Shown piece by piece: positions 1 to 11,542 of a stretch of DNA of 64,000 nucleotides (its first letter is position 1; the number at the start of each line of letters is the position of its first letter). The notes under the pieces are model-generated. The model made no database searches. It was not told where the DNA came from and saw only the letters and a program-made list of their open reading frames with translations. The stretch is from an uncultured Actinomycetes bacterium. GTDB taxonomy: Bacteria; Actinomycetota; UBA4738; HRBIN12. The DNA lies in assembly GCA_963744515.1 (NCBI GenBank), contig CAVUTN010000008.1:22172-86171 (forward strand), read 5' to 3'. Position numbers and translations under genes: made by a program.

Positions 1-250
1 CGACGAGGGTCGACCGTGTACCCGAGCTGCTGTTCGAGCAGGATCTTCGCGATGTTCGCGTTCACGGCCGAACCCGTCCACGGGTTGACCGCGATGCTGA
101 CTCGGTGCCTTCGCCCGGCAGCGCCTGCGTTCCGGTCGCTCCGGTCGTCCCGGTCTCGCCCCCGTCACCGGACCCGGCATCCGAGCACGCCGCCGCCATC
201 AGGCCGAGCACCGTGACGAGCACCAGGGTCCGCCACGACTTCGATCGCAC
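1..250 (-). CDS. Glycine betaine ABC transporter substrate-binding lipoprotein (N-terminal part, runs off window, frameshift near 100)
   Basis: Lipoprotein signal [22 protein letters not shown]; after a frameshift reads [29 protein letters not shown], typical of ProX/OpuAC-type binding proteins; downstream of permease and ATPase. Confidence 0.8.
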
Positions 251-283
251 CCGTTCTCATCCGTCCCCCTTTCCGCCAACACC

Positions 284-2307
284 TCATACGGTCTGCGACA
301 TCGCTCGAGCCTTCGCGAACTCCTTCCGCCGCATCCCCTGCGTCGCACGCCGATCGCCTGCGTGATACGGTCCAGGACGATCGCGAGCAGCACGATCGCC
401 GTCCCGGCCTCGAAGCCGAGCGCGATCTGCCCCTTGGTCAGCCCGTACACCACCTCGAACCCGAGACCCTCGGCTCCGACCAGCCCCGCGATGATCACCA
501 TCGAGAGCGAGAGCATGATGACCTGGTTCACGGCCGAGCATGATCGCCGCTCTTCGCCAGCGGCAGCTGCACCTTGCTCAGCAGCTGCACGCGGGTCGAG
601 CCGTACGCCTCGGCGGCCTCGACGGTGGTCGCCGGCACCTGCCGGATCGCCAGGCTCGTGATGCGGATGCCCGCGGGTATCGCGTAGATCACCGAGGCGA
701 TCACGCCGGGGACGCGGCCGACGGCGAACAGCGCGACCACCGGCACGAGGTAGACGAACGCCGGCATCGACCTGCATCGCGTCCAGGACCGGCCGCAGGA
801 CGCGATCGACCCGCTCGCTGCGGCCCGCGAGGACCCCGAGCGGGATCGCGAACAGCAGCGCGATCGCCACGGTGACCAGCACCAGGCTGAGCGTGCTCAT
901 CGCGTCGTCCCACATCCCGAGGAGCCCGATGCCGAAGAAGCGCGAGGCCCGTGAAGACGCGCGAGCTTCCACCCCGAGAACCGCCACGCCGATCACCGCG
1001 AAGAACCCGGCCACCATCCACCACGGCACGCCGAGCAGCAGGTTCACGATCGGGTCCAGGCAGTACAGGATCAGGAAGTCGCCGATCGCCGACGTCAGCC
1101 ATTCGAGGTTGGATTGGATCCACTCGACGGCGGTATTCGTCGGCGTCACCAGGTCGATCCGGGGGCTGCTCGGGAAGTCCTGCTGGACGAGCACGTACCG
1201 GCCGACCAGCACCGCGGCGACCGTCGCGGCGATCGCCACCGCCACGAGGAGCCTCCGCGAGATCGGCCGTCCGAACACGCACCGCCCCCGCTCCCTTCGT
1301 GACGCGGTCTCGGGTGCTCCACCCCTCGCTCACCCGGTCGAGCACGATGGCCAGGACGACGATCCCGATCCCGGCGTTCAGCGCGACACCGACGTCCAGG
1401 TGTTGCAGACCGTTCGAGCACCTCGCGCCCGAGGTTCTCGACGCCCACGATCGCGGCGATCACGACCATCCCGAACGCCATCAGCAGAGCCTGGTTGACG
1501 CCGAGCATGATGCTCGGCTCGCGAGCGGGAACCTGGATCTTCCGCAGGACCTGCTTCGTGGTCGCGCCGAACGCCGTCCCGACCTCCAGGGACGACGACG
1601 GTACGCCGCGGATCCCGTAGCTCGTCAGCCGGACCAGCGGCGGGAGCGCGAAGATCACGGTCGCGATCAGCGCCGTCGCCACGCCGATGCTGAAGAAGAT
1701 CACGAGCGGCAGGAGGTAGACGTAGGCGGGCAACGTCTGCGCGGTGTCCAGGAGCGGGCGCAGGACCTTCTCCACCTTCGGGTTGCGACCCGACCAGATC
1801 CCGAGCGGGATGCCGATCACGACGCACACGGCCACCGCGATCAGCATCAACGCCAGCGTCTGCAGGCTCCGCTCCCACAGATCGATCAGGCCGAGGAACG
1901 TGAACCCCGCCACCGCGAGCAGCGCCTTGCGCCACCCCGCCACCACCAACGCCACGGCGCCCGCGCCCACGATCACGCCCAGGAACGTCATCCGTTCCAG
2001 GAACAGCAGCAGGTTGTCGTACGACGGCCTCCGAGACCTGCTTGATCGGGGTGAAGAAGTAGATGAACAGCGGGCTCGTCTCGCGGTTCTGGAGCGCCCA
2101 GTTCTCCAGGTCGTCGAACACCTGGCCCGCGTGGACCCGCCACGAGGGGAACCCCGTCCTCCAGTTCAGCCCGATCGAGACACCGCGGCGATCGAGCCGA
2201 GGACCCACCACGGCCAGAGACGGCGTCGCCGGCGGCGCCTCGACCGCAGCTGGCGGGGCGGCGAGCTCCCCCGCGACCGGTCGGGCCGGCGCGACCGTAT
2301 CGGCCAT
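284..2307 (-). CDS. Glycine betaine/proline ABC permease with two fused permease domains (several frameshifts)
   Basis: ORF pieces 1378-2469, 1146-1991, 199-1278 and 528-767 join into one hydrophobic protein with two EAA-type loops ([28 protein letters not shown]); ATGA overlap with the ATPase stop. Confidence 0.8.
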
Positions 2308-3463
2308 CAGGTCCGCTCCTCGATCAGCGAGGACATCACCGCACCCCGGTCCACGACGCCGACGACACGACCGCCGTCCACGACCCGGATCTCGGCGTCC
2401 GAACCCGCGACGAGCGGGAGCAGCTCCTGCACGATCGTGTCGGCCGGCACGGTCGGGGCATCCGTCCACCGGTCTCGCCGTCGACGGGACGCATGATCGT
2501 GCGCGCCGTGAGGACGTGCGCGCGGGGGACGTCCTTCGTGAAGTCGGCCACGTAGGAGTCGGCGGGCCGCGCCACCACTTCTTCGGGCGTGCCCACCTGG
2601 ACGAACCGGCCGTCCTTCATGATCGCGATCCGGTCGCCGAGCTTCAGCGCCTCCATGAGGTCGTGGGTGATGAAGATCATCGTCTTCTTCACCTCGCGCT
2701 GGAGCCGCACGACCTCGTCCTGCATGTCGCGGCGGATCAACGGGTCGAGCGCGCTGAACGGCTCGTCGAACAGCATGATCTCGGGGTCGGTGGCGAGCGC
2801 CCTCGCCAGACCGACCCGCTGCTGCATCCCGCCGGAGAGCTCCTCGGGGTAGTGATCGGCCCACCCATCCAGCCCCACGACCTCGAGGACGCGTCGCGAT
2901 CGCTCGGCGCGCTCGGCCTTGTCGATCCCCTGGACCTCGAGCCCGTAGCCGACGTTGTCGACGATCCGGCGGTGCGGGAGCAGCCCGAAATGCTGGAACA
3001 CCATGCTGATCTTGCGGCGACGGACCTCGCGGAGCCGGTCGGGCGGGAGCGCGAGCAGGTCCTCGCCGTCGATCTGGATCTGCCCCGCGGTCGGGTCGTG
3101 CAGCCGGTTGATCATCCGCACGAGCGTCGACTTGCCCGAACCCGACAGGCCCATGACGACGAACACCTCGCCGGGCGCCACCTCGAACGAGACGTCGCGG
3201 ACCGCCACGACGCACCCGGTCTTGGCCAGGAGCTCGGCGCGCGGGAGGTCGGCGTCGGGCGACCCCACGATCTTCTTCCCGTTCGCGCCGTAGACCTTCC
3301 ACAGGCCCCGGCAGGCGACGGAGGCGTCGTTCCCGGGCGCGGTCACGCCCGAGACCTGCACGTCGGTCTGCGCGTCCGCCACCCCTGGGCCCTCCCCTAT
3401 CGCGCCCGAACGACCCCCGGCCGCCCGCGGATACGGCATCTTGGGCCCGAGGGGCTCCGACAC
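2307..3463 (-). CDS. proV: Glycine betaine/proline ABC transporter ATP-binding protein (ProV/OpuAA family)
   Basis: Walker [10 protein letters not shown], signature [25 protein letters not shown]; C-terminal frameshift near 2460; start uncertain. Confidence 0.9.
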
Positions 3464-3574
3464 GCAAGGCAGCCGTTGCGCGGACGAGGACCCCCGGGCC
3501 GGGTCGCGGCCGGCGCTGCGCTAGCATCCGCGCACCGCCGGGCGGACGCCGGGCGGCGAATGCCGGGAGGGTCG

Positions 3575-5235
3575 ATGGCGTCGAGACCGTTCGACTTCGT
3601 GATCGTGGGGGGCGGGTCCGCCGGCTGTGCGCTCGCCAACCGCCTGTCGGCCGACCCGTCGAACCGGGTCCTCGTGCTCGAGGCCGGGCGACCCGACTAC
3701 CCGTGGGACGTCTACATCCACATGCCGGCGGCGCTCACGTTCCCGATCGGCAACCGCTTCTACGACTGGAAGTACGAGTCCGAACCCGAGCCGCACATGA
3801 ACGGCCGGCGGATCTACCACGCGCGCGGGAAGGTCCTCGGCGGCTCGAGCAGCATCAACGGGATGATCTTCCAGCGCGGCAACCCGCTCGACTACGAGCG
3901 CTGGAGCGCCGACCCCGGGATGCAGACGTGGGACTACGCGCACTGCCTCCCCTACTTCCGCCGGATGGAGCACTGCCTCGCGGCCGAACCGGGCGACGAG
4001 TTCCGAGGTGCGCCGGTCCCTTGGTGCTCGAACGCGGCCCGGCCACCAACCCGCTGTTCGGGGCGTTCTTCGAGGCGGCGCGTCAGGCGGGGTTCGAGCT
4101 GACCGACGACGTGAACGGCTACCGGCAGGAGGGGTTCGCGGCGTTCGACCGGAACATCCATCGCGGGCGGCGGCTCTCGGCGGCGCGCGCCTACCTGCAC
4201 CCGGTGCGGTCACGCCCGAACCTCGAGATCCGAACGAGGGCGTTCGTGAACCGGATCGTGTTCGAGGGCTCGCGCGCCGTCGGGGTCGAGATCGCACGCG
4301 GCCGCGGCGCGCCGGAACGGATCCACGCCGGCGAGGTCATCGTGTCCGGCGGCGCGATCAACTCGCCGCAGACGCTGCAGCTGTCGGGGGTCGGCCCGGC
4401 CGACGAGCTCCGGGCGCTCGGGATCGACGTCGTGCACGACCTGCCCGGCGTCGGCGAGAACCTCCAGGACCACCTCGAGGTCTACGTGCAGCACGCGTGC
4501 ACGCAGCCGGTCTCGATGGCGCCCTACCTGAAGTGGCGGTACCGTCCGTGGATCGGTTTCCGGTGGCTGTTCTTCCGCTCGGGCCCCGGCGCGACGAACC
4601 ACTTCGAGGGCGGCGGGTTCGCCCGGAGCAACGACGACGTCCGGTACCCGAACCTGATGTTCCACTTCCTGCCGATCGCCGTGCGCTACGACGGTTCGGC
4701 GCCGGCGAGCGACCACGGCTACCAGGTGCACATCGGGCCGATGTACTCGGACGCGCGGGGCTCGGTGAAGGTCACGAGCCCCGACCCCCGGGTCCATCCC
4801 GCGCTCCGCTTCAACTACCTCTCGACGGAGCAGGATCGGCGGGAGTGGGTCGAGGCGATCCGCACGGCGCGGCGGATCCTCGGTCAGCCCGCGATGGCGC
4901 CGTTCGACGGGGGCGAGCTCTCGCCGGGCGCGAGCGTCGAGACCGACGAGGAGATCCTCGCGTGGGTCGCCCGCGACGCCGAGACCGCCCTGCACCCCTC
5001 GTGCACGTGCAAGATGGGGACGGACGAGATGTCGGTCGTCGACCCCGCCACGATGCGCGTCCACGGCCTGGACGGTCTCCGCGGTCGTCGATGCCTCGGT
5101 CTTCCCCTACGTCACGAACGGCAACATCTACGCGCCGGTGATGATGGTCGCCGAGAAGGCGGCGGACCTGATCCTCGGCGCCACGCCGCTGCAACCCGAG
5201 CCGATCGAGTTCTTCCGCCGCGAGCCGAGGCCTGA
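3575..5235 (+). CDS. betA: Choline dehydrogenase (GMC oxidoreductase), frameshifts near 4010 and 5085
   Basis: [69 protein letters not shown]; adjacent to betaine ABC transporter. Confidence 0.92.
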
Positions 5236-5240
5236 CGGTC

Positions 5241-6107
5241 TCAGGCGACCCCGAGCAGCAGCAGGCCCCCGATCACCATCGCGATCCCGAGGTACTGCGT
5301 CGGGACCGGGCGCTCGTGCAGCAGCACGACGCCGCCGAACACCGGGATGAGCGGGTAGGTCGCGGAGGCGGCGGTCACGATCGACACCAGGCCGACCTCG
5401 GCGCCGCGCGCGTACGCGATCGTGCCGACGAGCTCCATCACCCCGACCAGCACCGCGAGCCGGAGCATCGAGGGCGATACCGGATCGCGCACCTCGCCGG
5501 CCGAACGCGACCGCAGCCACAGCACGAGCGCCGCGAGCAGGAACACGGTCATCATCGTCAGCCGCCCGAACCACAGCGACGGCAGGAAGCCGGCCTCCTT
5601 GGCCGCCCACCCCATGACGTAGGTCGCCACGCCGAACAGGAGCGTGGACACGATCGCCCACGGCAACCCGGCGGGCTTGGTCCGGGTCCCGGCGCGGAGC
5701 GCCTTCGGGTCGGTCGAGGTCAACGCGGCGCCGGCGATCGTCACCGCGACGCCCACCACCTGCAACCCGCCGAGCGTCTCGCCCAGGAGCACGACCGACA
5801 GGAGCACCGGCACGACCGCGTAGCTCGCGAGCACCGGGGACACGACGGCGATCGGCCCGAGCTGGAGGCCCTTGTACAGGGTGGCGAACGCGGCGGCGCC
5901 CAGGAACGCGTTCGGGATCAGCCAGGGTGCGACCGTCGGGATCCCCGAGAGGTCGGGCCGCACGATCAGGACCAGGAGGGTCACGACGACGCCCGCGGCG
6001 ACCTGCGCCACCACCACCGTCCGGCCGCTCCCGATGCGACGGCCCGAGATCGCCGCCCACAGATCCGAGAGCCCCCAGCCGAGCGCCGCCGCGAGGCCGT
6101 AGATCAC
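5241..6107 (-). CDS. DMT/EamA family transporter
   Basis: About 10 hydrophobic segments, two EamA-like halves ([10 protein letters not shown]...; [16 protein letters not shown]). Confidence 0.8.
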   Translation of the reverse strand: MIYGLAAALGWGLSDLWAAISGRRIGSGRTVVVAQVAAGVVVTLLVLIVRPDLSGIPTVAPWLIPNAFLGAAAFATLYKGLQLGPIAVVSPVLASYAVVPVLLSVVLLGETLGGLQVVGVAVTIAGAALTSTDPKALRAGTRTKPAGLPWAIVSTLLFGVATYVMGWAAKEAGFLPSLWFGRLTMMTVFLLAALVLWLRSRSAGEVRDPVSPSMLRLAVLVGVMELVGTIAYARGAEVGLVSIVTAASATYPLIPVFGGVVLLHERPVPTQYLGIAMVIGGLLLLGVA

Positions 6108-6936
6108 TCGGTGCTCCGGTACCGCGCGTCGCGCCAGGCGATCGCGGCCTTCAGACCCTCCTCTTGGGTGATCCGGCGGAACTCGTCCCGGGCGGGCAGG
6201 TTGGCCGTCTCGATCATCACGTCCAGCTCCGTGTTGGCGTCGAGCGCCGCCCGGAGGCCGGCGAGTCTGCCAGACGCGGTTGATCGACGCCTTCATCGTC
6301 CGGACGACGAACGGCTCGTTCTTCGCGATCTCGTCCGCGAGCGCCATCGTCGCGCCCTCGAGCTCGTCGCGGGGCACGACCCGGTTCACCAGACCGATCC
6401 GGAGCGCCTCGGCGGCCGGGACCCGGTCCTGCCCCGTCAGGATCAGCTCCTTGGCCGCGCGCACCCCGACCACCCATGGCAGGAACATCGAGACGACGCC
6501 CGAGCCGAACCGGATGTCGACGTAGCCGAACACCGCGTCGTCCGAGGCCACGGCGAGATCGCACGCGAGCATCAGGTCGGTGCCGCCGGCGAGGCAGTAC
6601 GAGTGCACGGACGCGATGACGGGCTTCGGGTTCTCGAGGATGCGCAGGAGCCGCTTCGTGTCGCGGTCGAGCTCGCGGTGCCACTCGGCCGCGTCCTTGG
6701 TCCCCTCCTCGGCGTCCTGGTTCAGGTCGTACCCGGCGCAGAACGCCCGTCCCGATCCGCGAAGCACGACGACGCGCACCTCGTCGTCCTCGGCCGCGGC
6801 GTCGAACGCCGCCTCGAGCGCGTCCATCAGCTCGGCGCTCAGGGCGTTCAGCGAGTCGGGACGGTTGAGCGTGAGCCGTCGGATCGGGTCCGAGGTCCTC
6901 GGAGAGCAGGACGCCGCCCTCGCTCGCCTCCGTCAT
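6104..6936 (-). CDS. Enoyl-CoA hydratase/isomerase family protein (frameshifts)
   Basis: LTLNRPDSLNALS, VVVLRGSGRAFCAGYDL, CLAGGTDLMLACDL, ELILTGQDRVPAAEALRIGLVNRVV. Confidence 0.88.
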
Positions 6937-7068
6937 CGCGCCGAACGCGTCGTCATCGGGTGGGTCCCTCGCTCTCGATCCGCGCTCGGCCGTCGTGGCC
7001 GGGCCCGGGGTGCGCCGGATGATACACAGCCACCTGCACGGCGCTTCACGCTCGCGCGCTCGCGGAGC

Positions 7069-8298
7069 TCAGCCTCGGCCGAGGAGTCGAGGACCTGCGC
7101 CGCGGCTCGACGGCCGCTCCGCAGCGCGCCCTCCATCGTCCCGGAGTGGTCGCCGGCCGTGTGCTCGCCGGCGAACGCGACGGCCCCGTGCGGGCGTTCG
7201 AACAGCGGTCGCCGCGCGAGGGACGGGTGATCCCAGGCCGTGTACGCGCCGCGAGCGAGCGGGTCGTCGGCCCCACACCTTCATCACCGCGGTCCCGTCC
7301 GGCCGGAGCTCGGGGGCGAGGTCGAAGATCCGGCGCACCCACGCCGCGGGATCGCCGCTCGCCGTCGCGAGCGGCTCCTGCGGCAGCTCGCTCCCCGCGA
7401 ACGAGGTCACGACGCGGCGGGGTCGCCCGTCCTCGCCGTCGGCGACCCAGAACCAGAACGGGAGATCGGCGCATTGGATCGCGCAGCGCTCGGGTTCGCC
7501 GCCGAGCGGGACCGCGACCTTCGACGCCACCCCCATCCGCAGTCCTTCGAACGCCTCGCGCTGCTCGGGCGGGAGCGGCGGGTCGAACGCGAGCTCGGTC
7601 ACCAGACGCACCGGCACCGCGACGACGACGGCGTCGGCCTCGATCCGATCGTCGCCGGTCTGGACCTCGACGCGCCCGCCTCGCCCGGCGACGCCGGCCG
7701 CGCGGACCCCGAGGCGGACGTCGGGCAGCAGGCCGGCGATGGCGTCGGCGATCGAGCCGTTGCCGCGAGCCATGCGCCGGTAGACGGCGGGTTCGGCGGC
7801 CAGGCGTCCCGAGTGCCAGCCGGCGCGCCACGCGACGCGATCGAGGTCGCTCGCGAACGTCCCCTGCAGACGCGCCTTCGCGACGGCGCGCGCCCGGTCG
7901 TCGCCCGGGACGGCATCCAGCATCGCCCCCATCGAGCTCCCGTCGGCGTCCGACGCGGCGAGGTGCGCGTCCGCGGCCTCCAGGAACGCGTCGAGCTCGG
8001 CCACCGGGACGGCGGCCCGGCCGCGCGGCTCCCGCCGCAGGTAGTCGATGCCGGCCTCGCTCGCGTTGAGCCCCAGCCGGTCGATCGTGGCCTGCAGGAC
8101 GTCGTCGTCCGGCATGATCCACTCGGCGCCGAGCTCGGCGAGCTCGCCGTTCTCGAGCTCGACCGAGAGCACCCTGCCCCCCACGCGCTCGCGCGCCTCG
8201 AGCACGACCACCGAGACCCCGGCGTCGTGCAGGTCGAGCGCGGCGGCCAGCCCCGCGAACCCGGCCCCGACCACCGCCACGTTCACCACGTTTCGCAC
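7069..8298 (-). CDS. Flavin monoamine oxidase family protein (C-terminal frameshift)
   Basis: VAVVGAGFAGLAAA, VLEARERVGGR, ELGAEWI, and FAGEHT...GTMEGALRSGRRAA in the shifted frame. Confidence 0.88.
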   Translation of the reverse strand: MRNVVNVAVVGAGFAGLAAALDLHDAGVSVVVLEARERVGGRVLSVELENGELAELGAEWIMPDDDVLQATIDRLGLNASEAGIDYLRREPRGRAAVPVAELDAFLEAADAHLAASDADGSSMGAMLDAVPGDDRARAVAKARLQGTFASDLDRVAWRAGWHSGRLAAEPAVYRRMARGNGSIADAIAGLLPDVRLGVRAAGVAGRGGRVEVQTGDDRIEADAVVVAVPVRLVTELAFDPPLPPEQREAFEGLRMGVASKVAVPLGGEPERCAIQCADLPFWFWVADGEDGRPRRVVTSFAGSELPQEPLATASGDPAAWVRRIFDLAPELRPDGTAVMKVWGRRPARSRRVHGLGSPVPRAATAVRTPARGRRVRRRAHGRRPLRDDGGRAAERPSSRGAGPRLLGRG

Positions 8299-8322
8299 GA
8301 ACCCCCGGTAGATTGGCTTGCG

Positions 8323-8367
8323 TAGGGCGAGCGCCCTATGGTACCCAGGCGCTTGAACGGTCGCTCA
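8323..8367. promoter_or_regulatory. Divergent promoter region with palindrome TAGGGCG-AG-CGCCCTA (8323-8338), -10 TATGGT (8337-8342) and operator-like TGAACG-GT-CGCTCA (8354-8367)
   Basis: Inverted repeats read directly from the sequence; the second motif recurs at 14207-14220. Confidence 0.5.
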
Positions 8368-8390
8368 ACGTTCGCCAGGAGGTCATCGCC

Positions 8391-9662
8391 ATGTCATCAG
8401 CGCCCGCGAGAGCGTCCGAACGGTCTCAGCCGACGCGAGTTCCTGCGGAGGTCGCTCGGCACGGCGGTCGTCCTCCCCTCGGCCGCGGCGATCCTGGCCG
8501 CGTGCTCCAAGCCGGGCACGACGAGCTCGGGCGGTACCGCGACCGGCGGCGGCGCGCGCGTCCTGGCTCGTCCGGACAACCCCGTCACCCTGCCGATGAA
8601 CGGGGAGCCGATCCCCACCAGCACGCCGATCGAGACGGGCACGCTCCGCGTCTACAACTGGGACGCCTACATGTACAAGCCGGTGCTGAAGGCCTTCGAG
8701 GACGAGTACGGCGTGACGGTGGAGTGGACCACCTTCAACAACATGGAGGAGGGGATCCAGAAGCTCGTCGCCGGTCAGGTGCAGGCGGACGTCTTCTTCC
8801 CCACCACCGACTACGTCTCCCGGCTCGTCGAGGGCGACCTCCTCCAGCCGCTGAACCACGAGCTGATCCCGAACCTCGAGGCGAACAAGTGGCAGGTCTT
8901 CTCGGATCCCGGGCCGTACTACGACCTCGGGTGGCGGTACACCGTGCCGTACACGATCTACACGACCGGCGTCGCCTACCGGCGGGACCGGATCGACGAC
9001 GCCGCGGCGGCGGCCGCCGGGTACGACCTGTTCTTCGATCACACGTTCAAGGACGCGGTGAGCTACTACGACTCCTACCGCGACGCCCTCGGCATGATGC
9101 TGCTCCGCGACGGCGTCACCGACGCGAACTCCGACGACCCCGCCGCGATCGGCGCCGCGAAGGACGCGATCCTGCAGATGATCAACGACAACGGTGCGCG
9201 GCTCACGATCAACGGGACGTACGCGAAGCTGCCCGAGGGCGAGTTCAGCGTCGCCCAGGCCTGGTCGGGGGACATCGTCGGCGCGAAGTACTACCTGCCG
9301 AAGGGCACCCCCGAGGACGTCCTCGGCTACTGGTACCCGCCGGACAAGAAGGGCCTCGTCGGCAACGACACGATCGCCATCCCCGCCGACGCGCCGAGCC
9401 CCGGCTGGCCCACGAGTTCCTGAACTTCTTCCTGGACGAGCACTGGGGCTACGTCAACTTCGCCGACTGGAACGGGTACCAGCCGCCGATGACGTCCATC
9501 GTGCCGGACCGGCTCGTCCAGGAGGGCGTCGTCCCCGAGACGCTCTCGGAAGCGGTCCTCGACGAGGAGAACTTCACGCTCGGCTACATCCAGGGCGAGC
9601 TCTCGGCCGAGGCCGACGCGCTCTGGCTCGACGCCTGGAGCGAGATCCAGGCAGGTGGCTAG
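8391..9662 (+). CDS. Spermidine/putrescine-type ABC substrate-binding protein (PotD/PotF family) with Tat-like signal, frameshifts
   Basis: SRREFLRRSLG twin-arginine motif plus lipobox LAAC; LRVYNWDAY, VPYTIYTTG, AQAWSGD. Confidence 0.85.
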   Translation: MSSAPARASERSQPTRVPAEVARHGGRPPLGRGDPGRVLQAGHDELGRYRDRRRRARPGSSGQPRHPADERGADPHQHADRDGHAPRLQLGRLHVQAGAEGLRGRVRRDGGVDHLQQHGGGDPEARRRSGAGGRLLPHHRLRLPARRGRPPPAAEPRADPEPRGEQVAGLLGSRAVLRPRVAVHRAVHDLHDRRRLPAGPDRRRRGGGRRVRPVLRSHVQGRGELLRLLPRRPRHDAAPRRRHRRELRRPRRDRRREGRDPADDQRQRCAAHDQRDVREAARGRVQRRPGLVGGHRRREVLPAEGHPRGRPRLLVPAGQEGPRRQRHDRHPRRRAEPRLAHEFLNFFLDEHWGYVNFADWNGYQPPMTSIVPDRLVQEGVVPETLSEAVLDEENFTLGYIQGELSAEADALWLDAWSEIQAGG

Positions 9663-10602
9663 CGGCACCGAGACCACCCCGGGGCGCCGACCCCGCGAGG
9701 ACGCCGGGTCGGCGACGTCGGGGGCGCGGTACCCGCGCTGGTACTGGCCATCGTTCACCCTCCCGGGCCTCGTGTGGCTGCTGCTGTTCTTCGTCCTCCC
9801 GTTCTACGTGGTGCTCTCGGTGGCGTTCGGAACCGTCGACCCGCTCTTCCGGAACCCGCTACCCGTCTACCAGCCGTGGTGGTGGAGCTTCGACACCTTC
9901 GTCACGACCGCGGAGAAGTTCTACGCGGGGGACCGGATCTACTTCGATCCGCTGGTCCGAACGCTGCTCTACGTCGCGGCCGCGAGCCTGATCTGCCTCG
10001 TGCTCGGGTACGCCATCGCGTACTACACGGCGCGGCACGCCGGACGTTGGAAAGGCCTGATCCTGGTGCTGCTGATCTCGCCGTTCTGGATCAGCTACCT
10101 GATGCGGATCTACGCCTGGCAGAGCCTGCTGCAGCCCGACGGGTACATCAACGACCTGGGCGGCGTGTTCGGCCTGTCGCCCGTGATCTGGATCGGCCGA
10201 CCGATCACCGTGGTGCTCGGGCTCGTCTACGGCTACATCCCGTTCATGATCCTGCCGCTGTTCGGGTTCCTGGACCGGATCGACCAGCACCTCCTCGAGG
10301 CCGGGCGGGACCTGGGGGCCGGGGCGTTCGAGACCTTCCGGCGGGTCACCCTGCCGCTGTCCAAGCCCGGGATCCTGGCGGGGCTCGTGATCGTGTCGCT
10401 GCCGATGTTCGGGGACTACTACACGAACAACCTGCTCGGCGGCACCAACACGTCGATGTACGGCAACCTGATCGACTCGGCCGTCGGACAGGCCGGCCAG
10501 GGGCCCGAGGCCGGCTCGCTGGTGCTGATCCTCGTGGTGCTCGTGATGATCCCGATGCTCTACTACCTGCGTTCGACCCATCGGACGGCGGGGGCGGCAT
10601 GA
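9655..10602 (+). CDS. Polyamine ABC permease (PotB-like)
   Basis: ISPFWISYLMRIYAW, YGYIPFMILPL, LLEAGRDLGAG EAA loop. Confidence 0.9.
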   Translation: MASGTETTPGRRPREDAGSATSGARYPRWYWPSFTLPGLVWLLLFFVLPFYVVLSVAFGTVDPLFRNPLPVYQPWWWSFDTFVTTAEKFYAGDRIYFDPLVRTLLYVAAASLICLVLGYAIAYYTARHAGRWKGLILVLLISPFWISYLMRIYAWQSLLQPDGYINDLGGVFGLSPVIWIGRPITVVLGLVYGYIPFMILPLFGFLDRIDQHLLEAGRDLGAGAFETFRRVTLPLSKPGILAGLVIVSLPMFGDYYTNNLLGGTNTSMYGNLIDSAVGQAGQGPEAGSLVLILVVLVMIPMLYYLRSTHRTAGAA

Positions 10603-11524
10603 GCGAGACGACGCTGGCCCCGGAGCGTCGCGTCACCTCGGTCCCGGCTCGGAGCACGACCGGATGGCTGCGCGACCCCTGGCGCAAGCCGAGGTTCCTG
10701 CAGGCGGTGACGTGGGGCTACCTCGCGTGGTCGATCCTCCCCGTGCTGATCGCGATCGTCTTCTCCTTCAACGCCGGCAGGTCCCGGAGCGCGTGGCAGG
10801 GCTTCTCCCTGCGGTGGTGGTACCAGGACGCGTTCGATTCGCGTCTGGCACGACCCGGCGCTCCGGTCGGCGATGTTCCAGACGTTCCGGCTCTCGCTGA
10901 TCACGATGCTGATCGCCGTGCCGCTCGGGACCGCGTTCGCGATCGGGATCGACCGGTGGCGAGGGCGGCCGGCCGCCGACGGCGAACTTCTTCATGCTCT
11001 TCTCGTTCGTGATGCCCGAGATCATCCTGGGCGTCTCGCTGTTCCTGCTGTTCTCGAACCTGCTCGAGGGGGCGGTCCGGCTCGGGACCACCGCGCAGCT
11101 GCTCGGGCTCGTCACGTTCCAGATCTCGTACCCGTTCATCATCGTGCGGGCCCGTCTCCTGTCGATCGGGTCCGAGTACGAGGAATCCGCGATGGATCTG
11201 GGGGCCTCGCCGACCCAGGGGTTACGCAGGGTGCTCCTGCCGCTGCTCGCGCCGGCGATCCTGGCGAGCGCCGCGCTCGTGTTCGCCGACACGGTCGACG
11301 ACTTCGTGACCGTCCGGTACCTGTCCGGGCCGGCGTCGTCCGAGCCGCTGTCCGTGAAGATCTACTCGGCGGCGCGCTCCTCGCCGACGCCGGCCGTGAA
11401 CGCGGCCGCGACGGTCATGCTGGTGACGACCATGACCGCGATCGCGATCGCCTGGTTCCTCTACCGGAGGATCACGCGGAACCGCGGCGAGGCGATCTCG
11501 TCGGCCGGGCTCGCGGACTTCTAG
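10599..11524 (+). CDS. Polyamine ABC permease (PotC-like), frameshifts
   Basis: YLAWSILPVLIAIVFSFN, MPEIILGVSL, YEESAMDLGAS. Confidence 0.88.
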
Positions 11525-11542
11525 GTCGCCGGCAGGCAGCGC

